Source: Catajapyx aquilonaris
Lineage: Eukaryota
Assembly: GCA_000934665.2 (NCBI GenBank)
Contig: KZ538362.1
Span: forward strand, 58,511 to 78,510
Reading direction: 5' to 3'
Length of the DNA stretch: 20,000 nt
The notes beneath the pieces are model-generated. The model worked only from the letters and a program-made list of their open reading frames with translations, did not search any database and had not been told where the DNA came from. The stretch's first letter is position 1; each line of letters opens with the position of its first letter. This document shows, piece by piece, positions 9,801 through 19,888 of this stretch. The position numbers were made by a program, and so were the translations under genes.

Positions 9801-10499
9801 GATAAAATAATTAAATTAATTAAATCAATTAAAATTTAAATTTAAATTTGATAAAATCGACAACAATCAGTTTCTTTACCCTTTTTCCTTATTCGGAAAA
9901 CTCAATAATAAAAGCCAGTCCCAATTAAAACCTAAAATGTCGCCTCCTCGTCCTATCCCCCCAAAAAAGGCCCGACCTCGTTATTTCGGGACACAAAAGA
10001 ATTACACCCATTAATACCCCCCGCCCCCTCCGCCCCCTTCCAGGTCCTACAACAATAGTCAGTCAGTCACAAGAGTGGACTCATTTGACGGAAGATTCCA
10101 ACCGGGGGGTGTCCTTCCGACTGATTTCCTCTGGCTCTGGCTCCTCCTGGGGGGGGGGGGGNGGGGGGTCGAAATTTGGGCACAATGGCACAAGATTTAT
10201 TTAGGCGCTTCAACAGGCGACAGGAATTAAGCCTTTGCTTTTTACCCTAAAACGCGTTTCGGTATAGGGTCGTCAGCGCCGCCTCTCGGGAGGGGAATGA
10301 AATATTAGGTTTTGTTCAAGATGGAGGAGCGAGAGACAAAGATTCGGAGATTAGATGAATCAGAACCGGTTCTATAGAATTTGTTTTTTAAAAAATCAAA
10401 TATTTAATTTCAATTTTTATTTTAACTTGTAGAATTTTAATTATAAATTAGTTAATTTTATAACTTATTGTTGTCAATTAATTTATCAATTTATTAATT

Positions 10500-11230
10500 T
10501 GATTGTTTTATTGGTTTTTAATTTTTATTTGTTATGTATTAGTTATTTATTACAATACTGTAGTAATTATTTTACTGGCTATTTATTGGTTATTATTGTT
10601 TTATTGGTTATATTTATTGGGTCATATTTTATTGGTTATTTTAGTTATTGCCTTGGCCATTTTAGTCGTTATTTTTCTTAGTTATTAATTATTTATTTTA
10701 GTTATTTCCTTGGCCATTTTAGTTATTTATTACTGTAGTAATTATTTTTACTGGTTATTTATGGGTTATTATAATTATATTGGTTATATATAACTGGTTA
10801 TTATCTTATTGGTTATTATAATTATATTGGTTATATATAACTAGTTATTATCTTATTGGTAATTATAATTATATTGGTTATATATAACTAGTTATTATCT
10901 TATTGGTAATTATAATTATATTGGTTATATATAACTAGTTATTATCTTATTGGTAATTATAATTATATTGGTTATATATAACTAGTTATTATCTTATTGG
11001 TTATTATAATTATATTGGTTATATATAACTAGTTATTATCTTATTGGTTATTATAATTATATTGGTTATATATAACTAGTTATTATCTTATTGGTTATTT
11101 ATTACTGTAGCTATTATTTTTATTGGTTATTTTAGTTATTGCCTTGGCCATTTTAGTCGATATTTTTCTTAGTTATTAATTGGTTATTTTATTGGATATT
11201 TTAGTTATTACTTAATTAGTTATTGTTTAT
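10500..11230. repeat. AT-rich TATTGGTTAT-based repeat with a homogeneous core of seven 47-bp units
   Basis: TTATAATTATATTGGTTATATATAACTAGTTATTATCTTATTGGT(T/A)A starts at 10769, 10816, 10863, 10910, 10957, 11004 and 11051. The flanking block GCCTTGGCCATTTTAGTCG is duplicated at 10650 and 11141. Confidence 0.95.
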
Positions 11231-12774
11231 TTTATGATTAATATATTGTTGCTTTTTAATATTTTTTGTTATACGGTATATTATTATACATATAATTTGA
11301 TATAGATTATATTACACACCTGGCAGCATACTTAGTAATATTCTTACGATTAATTATATTGTTGAAATGTGCCTCTTATATGCACAGTCAGAAACAATGC
11401 TTTTCAGTCCATAAACCATTGTTGATTTGAGCGTAAGTTGCAGTTTTTAATAATCAATTAGGATTTTTTTTGGATCGGAAGTGTCCATTTTCATGTCGTC
11501 ATTGCAGGGACATAATTTGTCATTATTGCAATTTATACGGGCTGTTATTGACGGGTGATTCGGGGGGTAGTGACATTTTTGTTTAACGTGAATCGACACT
11601 GGTCGGGCGTTTAATTGGAATTATCTTGACACAAATTTACATTCATGGGTTATTACCTGGCGTTTTGTGGGACTGTCATCAAAACAAACCTATGTAGAAT
11701 GCACGAGGGCATTGCACTATTTACGAACTAACAGTTTACAAGGCAGCTTTAGTTGGAATAGTATGTTACAAGCAATAGTTACATTGAAGGCAATCATTGT
11801 CGCCCATTAGAAATAAACATTAATATTTAATTGTGCTACTATTTGGGACAGTACTGTACAGGACATCCTTTTACTTATATATAAAATAATTTCTGTTAAA
11901 TTATTTTAAATTACTTTTATAATTATGACACACGCATGCAGTTTGTGTGTGGAAAGTATGGAAATTTTATTACAATTTATTTAAATTATTGAAGTTTAAA
12001 ATTATCTAAATTGTGCCTTTGGTAAACATTAATGAGGTAAATATTTAAAGTGTGCCATTTGATTAATCTGGAAATATAAATAGCAAAAAATTAATGGTTG
12101 AACTGAACTGCACAGTGAATTTAATGTGCAAGGTTGCAGGATCAAATCTCGCCCAGGACATATATTTTTTTAAATCATTTGCTTGATTCAATTAAGTTTA
12201 CATCATTATTGCCTTTGGATTGTTGATAAACCTGGAAAATTAAGACCAAGTTTTTTTCAGGTCAGCTTTTTTTCTTGAGTGCCCAGGTCTATGTGTCCAC
12301 CTTCTTGGTTTGCCCTTTTCTTTTCCCCTCAGGTTCATCTGTGCCGGACAGTCCGTTGTCATTGTTGAAAAGAGCATCGAGGTGCAAGAAAAGAGATGGT
12401 GGGAGGGTAGAAAAGGACTAAGAGAACAAAAAATCTTCCCCAATCAGAACAGGCTACAGAGATAACTTTTTGTTTTCCTTTCTGATTGAAGCCGGCCGGA
12501 AGAGCAGTAGGAAACGGATTTCGTTTTTTTTTTTCTTTCTTTCGTTTCTTCCTTCTTCGTCTTCTAGGGTAAGAAAAAGTTGAAACTAGGGGTGGGGCAA
12601 GCTTAGCACGTGTGTCTCACGTCTCAAACTAATTTGATCAGCCAAGAGGAGAGCAGAGTTTGGGCTTCATTTGCTCCGATTTCATTCTCGACTCGTAGCC
12701 ATTTTTTTTTCTTAAGAAGAATCAGCTAGATTTGGAAGAAAAATGTCTTACTTTACACCCAGCCTGATACTGGA

Positions 12775-13536
12775 TGAGAATCCAAAAAAATGATGATTTT
12801 AATTACAACCCTAGGTCTGTAAAAAAAATTTGAAACTCGGTCTAGTTGTACGGAACTAACTATGAAATGTTATTAATTTTCTCTCAAACCGTTTGCTGAA
12901 ATTGGAAGTAGAACATTTTATAGTGTATAGTACTATACAAGTACTACTATATGAGATTCCAAATAATTGACCCCTTCAATTGCAACCCTGGATGTTTTTT
13001 TAAATATTACAAATAGGTCCAGTTGTACTTAACTATGAAATGAAATGTTCTCAATTTTTTCTCAAATTATTTTCAAAAATTGGAAGTAGAAAATTTTATG
13101 CTATAGTACTACTACTGTACGTGATTCCAAAAAAATTGACCGCTTTAATTACAACCCTGATTTTTTTAAAAAATATTACAAATAGGCCCAGTTTTACTTA
13201 ACTAGCCAGGAAATGTTCTTAATTTTTTTCTAAAATAATTATGTACAATTGCAAATAGAAAATTTTATAATACTACACTACCAACTACTATACGATATTC
13301 CAAAAACTTTGGCCAATTTAATTATCATATAACCCTGGTTCTTTAAAAAATAAATATCAATATAGGCGGTACTGAATAACAGCAATGAATTATTCTCAAT
13401 TTTTGCTCAAATTATTTTCTAAAATTTGAAGTAAAAAATTTTTATACTATAATACTACTACTGTACGAGATGCCAAAAAACTCTGGCCACTTTAATTACA
13501 ACCCTAGTACCTGGCAAAAAAAATATTCGCAAACTC
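12775..13536. repeat. Diverged ~173-bp AT-rich satellite, ~4.3 copies
   Basis: The AATT(A/G)CAACCCT marker occurs at 12801, 12978, 13147, ~13320 and 13494. GAAATGTT, AATTGGAAGTAGAA and TACTACTA blocks are shared between units. Confidence 0.9.
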
Positions 13537-13975
13537 GGAGCGCCATCATTTTATTGCGTCTCTGGAGACTCATTTTTCCCCCATTGTAAATGGTAAAATC
13601 ATGTAAGCATTACCGAGGACCCGTACCCAAAACATCCGCACACACATGGAATTGTTTAACCTGGAAATTGCAGCAGGAAGTCAAGTGTTTCCAACCAGAG
13701 GGAGGTAGGGAGGGGGGGGGGTTTATTTCCAAATTAGGCGTATGCACTATTATGTAGTGCTGGGAGGGGTTAATTCCCCCTCTCCCTCCCTCCTCTCCGT
13801 AGGGCAGGCAGTCACACGCTTTAATGACTGTAATGAGTAAATGAAACCTAAACCAAAAAGTGGCCGTTTTAGTGTCACACCCCCTGTGTCCGTTTGATTA
13901 ACAGGGACTGTGTTTATGGGGGCGTTGCATTTAGGCTCGTGACGTCTTCAGCTGCTTCTTGAGTGATAGGGACAC

Positions 13976-14405
13976 TGCCACCAGATGGCGTTTTCTTTTA
14001 TAGTTACTAGAAAATGCCAGTAGTTCAGACAGCAAAAGTTGTAAAAATTTTCACAAATATTTGTCCACATATCAGTATTTCCTAAGGTAGTTTCAATTTT
14101 TGGGGGCCAAACGGTTGATGCCCACAGATGGCGTTTTATCTTAAAGTACTAGAAAATGTTTATAGGTCTACCTGCAAACGTAGCAAAAATCTCAAAAAAT
14201 TGTGACCATATCAGAATTGGTTTCATTTTTTTTTTGCGAACAAACGGTTGACGCCAAAAGATCGCTTTTTCTCTTATTACACTAGAAACTATCCATAGTT
14301 CAAACTGTAAAAGTGAAATAATTTTAATAAAATTTTATCCGTATAAAAATTAGTTTCAAAATTTTCACAAATTTTTTAATTAACAAATGGTTGACCCCAA
14401 AATCG
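13976..14405. repeat. Diverged ~132-143-bp tandem repeat, ~3 copies, each starting with a CTCF-like motif
   Basis: Units start near 13976 (TGCCACCAGATGGCGTTTT), 14119 (TGCCCACAGATGGCGTTTT) and 14251 (ACGCCAAAAGATCGCTTTT). ACTAGAAA, CATATCAG and CAAACGGTTGA blocks are shared. Confidence 0.82.
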
Positions 14406-14599
14406 AGATATCCTCATAGATAGCTTCCCACAAATCTCCGCAGCATTTTCCACTTGTAAACTAGTTCAGATAGTTCATTGTTAGTTTTTAAAATAATATA
14501 ACTTGTAACTACTCCGTTCCCTAGCCCCTTTCAGGCGGGCCACCCATGCGTCTCTGAAGGGGTCAGCTCCTTTCCTGTTGTAAGTGGTATTCTTATGGT

Positions 14600-14791
14600 T
14601 AGGGCTGTGCGATATCCGAAATTACATATCGACTTTCGATACTTAAAAATATCGAATCGAAATCGATATATCGAAAATCGAAAAATCGCGATATTCGATA
14701 CATCGAACATGCCAAGTGTCGGATATCGCAACTTCGATATTAGGAAAATATCGTATCGACAGTCGATATATCGAAATATCGCACAGCCCTA
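14600..14791 (+). mobile_element. hAT-type MITE, copy B (192 bp, minimal form)
   Basis: Perfect TIRs TAGGGCTGTGCGATAT / ATATCGCACAGCCCTA. Perfect 8-bp TSD CTTATGGT at 14592-14599 and 14792-14799. Confidence 0.96.
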
Positions 14792-15063
14792 CTTATGGTG
14801 TTTCGACAAGTAGATATTTGTCAATATTTTTATAATAAATAATTAGGACTTGTTGGACATCCTTAGGCCCTCACACCCAGTAGTGTCAACACCACATAAA
14901 TAAACCCCCCATTGTTAGTTAAAACTCCCTCCATAATAATTACCCCCCATCCCAAAATCCCCTCCCTGAAAGCGAAAACCAACGTATAAATCAACTGTAA
15001 CACCAGAAAAGTAGAGTAGCAGCACTTTGCATAGGCACCAGGCCCTAGGTCTAACCCCCCCCC

Positions 15064-15073
15064 NNNNNNNNNN
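15064..15073. other. Assembly gap (10 N) within a poly-C tract; there is also a single N at 10162 in poly-G
   Basis: N characters flanked by homopolymers. Confidence 0.99.
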
Positions 15074-15749
15074 ACCCCCCCCCCCTCTTCCAGTTCCAAA
15101 ACCCACAAACTGGCCCCCTGGCTTTGGTTTGCAACCCTCTTTTCCACGAGGTGCAAAATGAATCAATCGGCCTCTGGGCTTGATGGTGATTAACGGGCAG
15201 GGCTGCTGGGCTTTGGCAGCCTGGGGGTCCTCTCCGGCTGGCCCATCGGAGGGGCCAAACCTTCCATAAATCACATCTCACTTGGTTATATAACTCTCAC
15301 ACACATATACACAATCACTAGGTATACCCCACCCACCCATACAAAATTCACGTGTCTGTGCTCGATGTGGTGTTTACATTTTGTACTGTATGGGTTCTTG
15401 GCCCAATCAGAGGTTGGATCCAATCAGCGGTTGAGTATTAAATATTTAAGGTCAAAGACTATATTTAGGAATTTTAAAGTTTAATATTTGGAAGATTACG
15501 ATGGGGGTGTATATGTGGGGGAAACATGACAACCATCATTTCGACCACTTTTGATCTGAACACCTACACTGTAAACAGCAAAAACATTAAAACAGCATTA
15601 CTAGTGAGTCTCACATGGAGCATCATGCTCTTGTGATGCACAGCCATATCTAATGGACATAAAGGGTGTCTCAATGTTAAAGATCGATATCGGACAGCCG
15701 TGCTCGATATCTACACTTTGACATTGAAAATATCAGTCTATATCACAAA

Positions 15750-16280
15750 TCAGTATCGATAACATCGACAATTGTCGTCTATAACGTCGAAATTTATTAT
15801 CTATAGTATAGAAATTAATTATCGATAATATCGAAAATTATCGTCGATAATATCGAAAATTATCGTCGATAAGATCGAGATTAATTATCTATAAGATCGA
15901 GATTAATTATCTATAATATCGAAATTAATTATTGATGATATATAAATTAATTATCGATAATATCGATAATTAGCGTCAATAATATCGAGATTAATTATCT
16001 ATAATATCGATAATTATTGTCGATAAAATCGATATTAAGTATCGATACGATCGAGATTAATTATCGATAAGATCGAGATTAAGTACGGTATCAAAAAGAT
16101 CGAAATTAATTATCGATAAGATCGGGATTAAGTATCGATAAGATCGAGATTAAGTATCGATACGATCAAAATTAATTATCGATAACATCAAAAATACCTG
16201 TAATCGTCGATAACATTAAAAATACATGTAATCATCGATAACGTCAAAATATAGTGGTCGATAACATCGAAAAATCGTAG
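15750..16280. repeat. ~22-bp ATCGAT-rich minisatellite (AATTATCGATAAGATCGAGATT)
   Basis: More than 20 diverged units, clearest at 15815-16190. Confidence 0.9.
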
Positions 16281-16769
16281 ATAACAAATAATTTGCATGA
16301 AATAAACGGCATGATACGTAAATATGTCCTACATTCATGTCACACATGTCCCACATTCGACCCAACTTTGCAACGTTGCAAACTTGGCAGGTTACATCCA
16401 ACTGTAATTATCGCACCGTATATTTTTGGGCCCCTATCCAAACGCCCCCTTTAGGCCCTCCCCAAAATTTCTGATGCTCAACACGACCCGGTCCATTTGT
16501 CAATCGGTCCCCTACCAAAAAAAAAAGGTCCACTTTCTCCTTTGGGGGAGGGGGGGGGGTGTCGATCTGCCTTTTCTAACTCTAGCTTCATTACGACCTA
16601 GGGGTATAGATGGCGTATGCAGCGTTAGAGGGGGAGGGGTGCAGGGTGGCGTCAGGGGGTGTCCTTCTCGATCTGCCGCGTCATATTTTAGCATTAAAAG
16701 ACACTTGTGTCTGGCATGCCTAATCACCCCCGTCCGGTAACCAAGGCTCCAGATTGCTATGGCTTCGGG

Positions 16770-16783
16770 CCACTAGGGGGCAG
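16770..16783 (+). promoter_or_regulatory. Candidate CTCF-binding site
   Basis: CCACTAGGGGGCAG closely matches the bilaterian CTCF core consensus and lies in non-repetitive sequence. This is a motif match only. Confidence 0.4.
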
Positions 16784-16952
16784 GGTGGTTCCTCTAAAAA
16801 TGGAAGGGTGGGGAGTCAGTCATCTGGTGATATATTAGGGTCTTTTCCGAATGGTTTGCAAAATTTCTTCCGGAGTAATATGCTGAGATTGTGAGTCATG
16901 TAATGAATTGACTCCCTATCGATGTGCTCCATATCGACTCCCTATCGATAAT

Positions 16953-17078
16953 GGGCGAAGCCCCACCGCCGAGTTTAGCGAGTCTGTAATAACGGATTTT
17001 GACGCCAGTACACTACGGTGTCCTGACGTCATAATCCGTTATTACAGACTCGCTACGCTCGGCAGTGGGGCTTCGCCC
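16953..17078. mobile_element. 126-bp fully palindromic PIF/Harbinger-like MITE
   Basis: Two 61-nt arms beginning GGGCGAAGCCCCAC, with 6 mismatches and a 4-nt loop TACG. 3-bp TSD AAT at 16950-16952 and 17079-17081. Confidence 0.9.
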
Positions 17079-17210
17079 AATCCGCGCGCCTTCTGCGCTT
17101 GGCACCCCCGAATCGAACGGTTGGAGAGATATGACGGAGGGATACCAAAATAATTTATGATGTCAAAAATATTTGTCGGAAATTTATAATGTCAAGAGTT
17201 ACATCTAGAA

Positions 17211-17346
17211 TATCGATAATGCCCGATAGCATGTATCGATAATCGAAAATGCCACATAGCATGTATCGCTAATCGATAATGCCAGGTAGCATGTATCGAT
17301 AATCGATAATGCCAGATAGCATGTATCGATAATCAATAATGCCAGA
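17211..17346. repeat. 30-bp tandem repeat, ~4.5 copies
   Basis: ATCGATAATGCCAGATAGCATGTATCGATA repeated with few changes. Confidence 0.95.
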
Positions 17347-18025
17347 AAATACATTAATATTCATAGTTCTACAAATATCAAAAGCTTTAGTTGGGTGGGA
17401 GAGAGGTGGCGCTAGTCTGGTGGAGGAACCGCACGAATCGGCAAGCGGGGAGAAAGTGAAAAATGCATACTCTTATTTTGGCCATAGCTCGAAAATGGCG
17501 AGGACATCTGCAATTCTGAGATTTTTCGGTTACCAATTATTGTCGACGAGAGCTTTCCGACGAGCCATCTCACGACATGCTACGACGTCGGGAAGTGCGA
17601 GATCCCTTCTATCCGCCTATATCGGCATCAGATAGTGGCATGTTAAAAGCCACTATTATCATTGTAATCCCTATATATTGATTAAAACAGATAAAGCAAA
17701 AACTCACATACTATTTAAAACGTTCTTAAAGTTGCCAAAAGCGACTCAAATGACAGTTTTAAGCTCATTTTTGTCAAAAATCCGGTGCTAGTTTGTTCAG
17801 TAGTCCATAGATGGCCTTGATGTGTCTATATCTTGAGGTGGGCCTGGGGTGAGGCTAGCCTGTTGTGTGGACGCCTAGAACGAGGCTAGTCGGTATGAAC
17901 AAGCCCTTTACGACTAGGATTTGCTTTGAGTGACTATCTATGGGGTCAATTTCGATCATGATCACTTATTGTATAGTGTGTACTGACGTCATAAACAGTT
18001 TCCAAAAATCTGGTGCTAGTAGGTT

Positions 18026-18260
18026 TGTTTGTTTGTTTGTGCTACGCCGTGATAGGGCCTTAGGCCCTTTCAGGGGGAGTTCCCAAGGGAAGACGCTCTT
18101 AAATAGCTTTCAGTTATTTCTGACCCTCTTAAGCACCAGACCCTTTCTCTTGGCCCTGGTCAGAGAAGGAAGTTCAAGTATACCCGGGCGGAAAAGCGGA
18201 AAAAGACCAACCAAGCGAAGGTGACGAGGACCGAATTTGAACCTCGGACTTCCCGACAGA
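18026..18260 (-). mobile_element. tRNA-derived SINE, family 2, 5'-truncated
   Basis: Homologous to 4997-5278 (GGTTCAAAT, CGTCACCT, GGTCTTTTTCCGCTTTTC, CCCTTGGGAACTCCCCC). Hairpin GGGCC-TAA-GGCCC plus TATCACGG and a (CAAA)n tail; the A box is missing. TSD GCTAGTA(G/A)GTT at 18015-18025 and 18261-18269 + 18536-18537. Confidence 0.9.
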
Positions 18261-18269
18261 GCTAGTAAG

Positions 18270-18527
18270 TAGGGCTGTGCGATATCCAAAATTGCATGTC
18301 GACTTTCGATACTCAAAAAATATCGAATCAAAGTCGATATATCGAAAAACCGACATCGAACCGACATCGCAAAATATCGCAAACCGACATCGAAAATATC
18401 GAAAAATATCGAACACCGACATCGCGATATTCGATACATCGCACATGCCAAGCGTCGGATATCGCAACTTCGATATTAGGAGAATATCGTATCGACAGCC
18501 GATGTATTGAAATATCGCACAGCCCTA
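18270..18527 (+). mobile_element. hAT-type MITE, copy C (258 bp)
   Basis: Perfect 16-bp TIRs as in copy B. 8-bp TSD CTAGTAAG (18262-18269) / GTAGTAAG (18528-18535). A few internal AACCGACATCG repeats. Confidence 0.95.
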
Positions 18528-19778
18528 GTAGTAAGTTAAGTGGACTAGAAATAGCGTTGGTGTGGTCATGTCTTGAGGTGGGCCTGGGGTGAGGCTAGCC
18601 TGACGTATGGGCGCCTAGGACGAGGCTAGTCGGAATAAACAGCCCTTTTGCGACCGTTTGGTTGGTTGGTTGATAGGAAGGGTTACCCAGCTTGTATGGC
18701 TCTGTCTGAGTCGGGCCTTGGCAGCCGGGGGTAGGAGAGGAAGGTGTGGGATTGCAAGGTAGGGTGGGTTAGAAGGGTGGGGGAGAGGAGGGCTGGCCCC
18801 GGCTGTACTGCAATGCCGGGTCCAACCCAGGGACGGGGACGGGGACAGGGACGGAGAGCGACCGGTAGGTGACTATGGGGTCATGAAATGATCTAGGGAG
18901 GTCATCTATAGCAAAACTATCCGTATAGCACACCTTATAACTTAAAAATCGGATGTCTATATGCCCGGCGATACAGCTAGTGGTGCACACTCCCGGTTTT
19001 TGACTAATTCAGGGTCTAATTTCAGTTTCCCAAACGGGGTTCTGGAATAGGGCTGTTCCAATCCAGTGACTATATTTATCCCATTAATACCTAGTCAAAG
19101 TGAATATACAATGAACCCCTTTTCAAAGCGCGATTTTTTAAAGCCTATATACTGAATAGCGTACGCTAAAAAAAAAAATCCGTTCCCTAATCGATGTCGC
19201 CGCCTCACAAAAATACATGTTGCACGATTAATCGAATTATCTTTTTTACCCCTAGTCCCAAGTTACCCCCTTTTTTGCGATGGACTAAAAATGGCGGTAC
19301 CTTACTGATTTATCTGATGTAACCAAGCGGTGATATCCACTTAGGTACCTTTGAGAGTTGGAAATAGGTATTAAAAAAAAGCGTAGTTGTTGAGGTGACG
19401 AGGTGATCATTTAGATCGAGCGAATTTCCGCGAGATTGATGTGATCGCTCGAATCCGGTGTAACTTGGTGGAATTAAGAGGATTCCCCTAGAGCAGATCT
19501 CTGGCTTTTATGTTGATGGACTTGTCTCTTCAAAACCTCCTATTCCTTTCACCGCAATTGCGTTTTCCTAACTGCGCCTAAGGGATAGGTCCAAAAATGC
19601 TAACGGTTTTTTTGGAGAGAGATATTCGCGTTTGCGATTTTTTTTTTGTAGCGAGAGTGTGATCATTAAGCGAGAAGGTGCTTATGGAAGTTTGGTATAG
19701 AGTGGTCTATAGGAATTGATGATTGGCTGGATTTAATAGGGAAAGTGAGTGTGGTATAGGTGTTGATCGGCCAAAATA

Positions 19779-19868
19779 TAATCGACATTGCCGGATAATA
19801 CATTGATTAAATCGATTATGTATAAATGTAATCGATATTGCCGGATAGTACATATATTAAATCGATTA
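19779..19868. repeat. 50-bp tandem duplication
   Basis: TAATCGA(C/T)ATTGCCGGATA(A/G)TACAT..ATTAAATCGATTA at 19779 and 19829. Confidence 0.85.
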
Positions 19869-19888
19869 CCGGTATGTCAGAAAATATG

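Larger units (their letters stand above)
17775..18655. repeat. Two-copy tandem duplication (~227-bp period); the second copy carries SINE3 and MITE C
   Basis: AAAAATC(C/T)GGTGCTAGT at 17776 and 18004. TCTTGAGGTGGGCCTGGGGTGAGGCTAGCCTG...GCCCTTTT.CGAC at 17831-17914 and 18571-18654. Confidence 0.88.

Noticed and set aside
15198..15256. Two adjacent GC-rich hairpins
   Set aside because: The stems are short and GU-rich, as expected by chance in GC-rich DNA, and match no RNA family I recognise.
17455..17600. Possible DNA-transposon relic (CCATAGCTCGAAAATGG; GACGAGAGCTTTCCGACGAG) and 98-aa ORF 17339-17635
   Set aside because: The motifs recall insect MITE subterminal sequences, but no TIR, TSD or second copy is visible. 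The ORF has no recognisable features.
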